A DNA stretch of 64,000 bases. Source: an uncultured delta proteobacterium (GTDB lineage: Bacteria > Myxococcota_A > Polyangia > Polyangiales > Houyiibacteriaceae). Positions 62,786-64,000 of this stretch are shown in pieces. The notes under the pieces were generated by a model. It saw nothing but the letters and a program-made list of their open reading frames with translations. It was not told where the DNA came from and ran no database searches. Made by a program: the position numbers and the translations under genes. Where the stretch lies: contig CAWBXS010000005.1 in assembly GCA_963792825.1 (NCBI GenBank), positions 559,056 through 623,055 of the forward strand, read 5' to 3'. Every line of letters starts with the position of its first letter. The stretch's first letter is position 1.

Positions 62786-64000
62786 TCACCTCGGCGCCAG
62801 GGAGCGGCCGCGTGGGCATGTTACCTCAACTCCTGTGGGACCGGCGTCGGTTTCTATGATCTTGAACTCCACACGACGGTTTTTCTCCCAGGCACTGGCA
62901 TTGCTCTTCGGATCGACCGGGCAACGCTCTCCATATCCTGCAGACCTCAGCCGGCTACTGAGCACGCCACGCTCGATGAGGGCGTTCATCACCGATGCCG
63001 CTCGAGCGCGGGTGAGCTTGATGTTGTATTCGTCGCTGCCGCGTTCGTCGGCATGACCCTGAATCTCGACCAGGGTGATCTGCGGGCTGGCGTTGAGAGT
63101 CGCGGCAACCGCATCGAGAAGCGCGAAGCTTCGCGGCAGGATGATCGCACTGTCGGTCTCGAAGTAGATCTTTTCGAGGATGGTGATCTGGGTGTCCTCG
63201 AGAATGACCAAGCCCTTGTCTGGGCATCCATCCTCGTCCTCGTGGCCATTGTAGGTCTCCGGGTCGTTCGGACAGGCATCATCCACGTCTAGGATACGGT
63301 CTGCATCGTTGTCGACATCCGGGCAGCCATCGGCATCCTCGAAGCCATCGAAATCCTCCGGATCATTCGGGCACAGATCCTTTTCGTCCGGAATCCCGTC
63401 GCCGTCGTTGTCCAGATCGGGACACCCGTCTTCATCTTGGAATCCGTCGAAGTCCTCCGGCTCGTCGGGGCAGTTGTCGACGTCATCAGGAATGCCGTCG
63501 CCGTCACGGTCGCCTTCCCTGCCCTCGGGGCAGCCGTCATCATCCCGATCCCCGTCGTAGTCTTCCTTCACGAGAGGACAAGCGTCGTCGACGTCGGGAA
63601 TACCATCTTCATCGTTGTCCAAGTCCGGACAGCCGTCGCGGTCCTCGAAGCCGTCTTTGTCCTCGGGGTCGTCCGGGCATCCGTCGTCGTCGTCCGGAAT
63701 TCCGTCTTTGTCACGGTCGCCGACGGCTGGCTCGTACCGGAACCCAAGCGTCGCACGGACGTTCGCGGCCTGGAATCCGGTCTTCGGAATGCCGGCACCC
63801 GCCGCGATGAACAGGAAGCTCTTGTTGGTGACGAAGTACTTGAAACCGCCCAGGGCCTCCATGGAGAGCGCGCCCTTGGTTCCAATTTCTTGGGCAATTT
63901 GGGTCCCGTAGTACTCGAGGATGAGGTCGAGCGAGCTGGCGATCCGAAAGCTCGATCCAAAACCAAAGGTGATGAGGTCGTTGTAGGTGAAGACCCGTCC
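62786..64000 (-). CDS. OmpA-family outer-membrane protein with thrombospondin type 3 repeats, 5' end beyond the window
   Basis: The frame stays open to base 64000 (..TYNDLITFGFGSSFRIASSLDLILEYYG.., beta-barrel-like). This is followed by DxDxDGxxDxxDxCP repeats and a C-terminal OmpA domain (IEIQGHADERGSDEYNIKLTRARAASV). Confidence 0.88.
   Translation of the reverse strand, partial: GRVFTYNDLITFGFGSSFRIASSLDLILEYYGTQIAQEIGTKGALSMEALGGFKYFVTNKSFLFIAAGAGIPKTGFQAANVRATLGFRYEPAVGDRDKDGIPDDDDGCPDDPEDKDGFEDRDGCPDLDNDEDGIPDVDDACPLVKEDYDGDRDDDGCPEGREGDRDGDGIPDDVDNCPDEPEDFDGFQDEDGCPDLDNDGDGIPDEKDLCPNDPEDFDGFEDADGCPDVDNDADRILDVDDACPNDPETYNGHEDEDGCPDKGLVILEDTQITILEKIYFETDSAIILPRSFALLDAVAATLNASPQITLVEIQGHADERGSDEYNIKLTRARAASVMNALIERGVLSSRLRSAGYGERCPVDPKSNASAWEKNRRVEFKIIETDAGPTGVEVTCPRGRSLAPR
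63188..63724 (-). repeat. Coding repeats: thrombospondin type 3 calcium-binding motifs
   Basis: About 10 iterations of D-x-D-x-DG-(I/C)PD-x-x-D-x-CP with matching nucleotide-level periodicity. Confidence 0.8.

Overview
This is a GC-rich bacterial chromosomal segment, densely coded, with many 4-nt start/stop overlaps. I infer a Myxococcota / deltaproteobacterial-like host. The grounds are the gene content: a MoxR-Bat operon, sigma-54 regulation, a thrombospondin-repeat OmpA and cysteine-rich lipoproteins. I found no rRNA, tRNA, CRISPR array, transposase, integrase or prophage genes.

Layout from left to right:
- OsmC fragment.
- A sigma-54-driven cysteine-rich Kazal-like lipoprotein.
- An MrfA/MrfB-like helicase-exonuclease pair.
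- A Lys/Ala heptad-repeat secreted protein.
- CcmE of the CxxxY type.
- An F0-only ATP synthase cluster (atpZ-atpI-atpB-atpE), then hemL.
- An 8-gene translationally coupled MoxR-DUF58-BatABCDE operon plus a CheY-like response regulator.
- Two parvulin/SurA-like PPIases and an enoyl-CoA hydratase.
- A 440-nt intergenic region packed with inverted copies of a short repeat.
- LLM oxidoreductase, acyl-CoA dehydrogenase plus LuxR, a cation/proton antiporter, mfd and a HEAT protein.
- HAD-like phosphatase, UPF0262 protein and a hypothetical protein.
- gor, cysH, a metallophosphoesterase and a PA0069-type radical SAM protein.
- An orphan sigma-54 enhancer-binding response regulator, followed directly by a complete gspC-N type II secretion cluster.
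- RpoH-like sigma factor and rsmI.
- A GH15 hydrolase co-transcribed with two histidine kinases whose catalytic domains look degenerate.
- An M50 protease, two unknown proteins and a 5'-truncated OmpA/TSP3 protein.

Most notable observations:
1. gspF is split by a 1-nt frameshift near 45885.
2. A near-consensus sigma-54 promoter sits just before gspC. TGTCA/TGACA half-site clusters lie about 100 nt upstream of it and also over the promoter of the adjacent enhancer-binding protein gene.
3. A second, perfect sigma-54 promoter precedes the Kazal-like Cys-rich lipoprotein.
4. BatC carries 19 consecutive Q3-5D units encoded by a near-perfect 12/15-nt tandem repeat.
5. A REP/MITE-like repeat family occurs at two loci.
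6. The GH15-HK-HK operon encodes pseudokinase-like proteins.

Nothing here can be declared a novel system from sequence alone. All functional links are inference.
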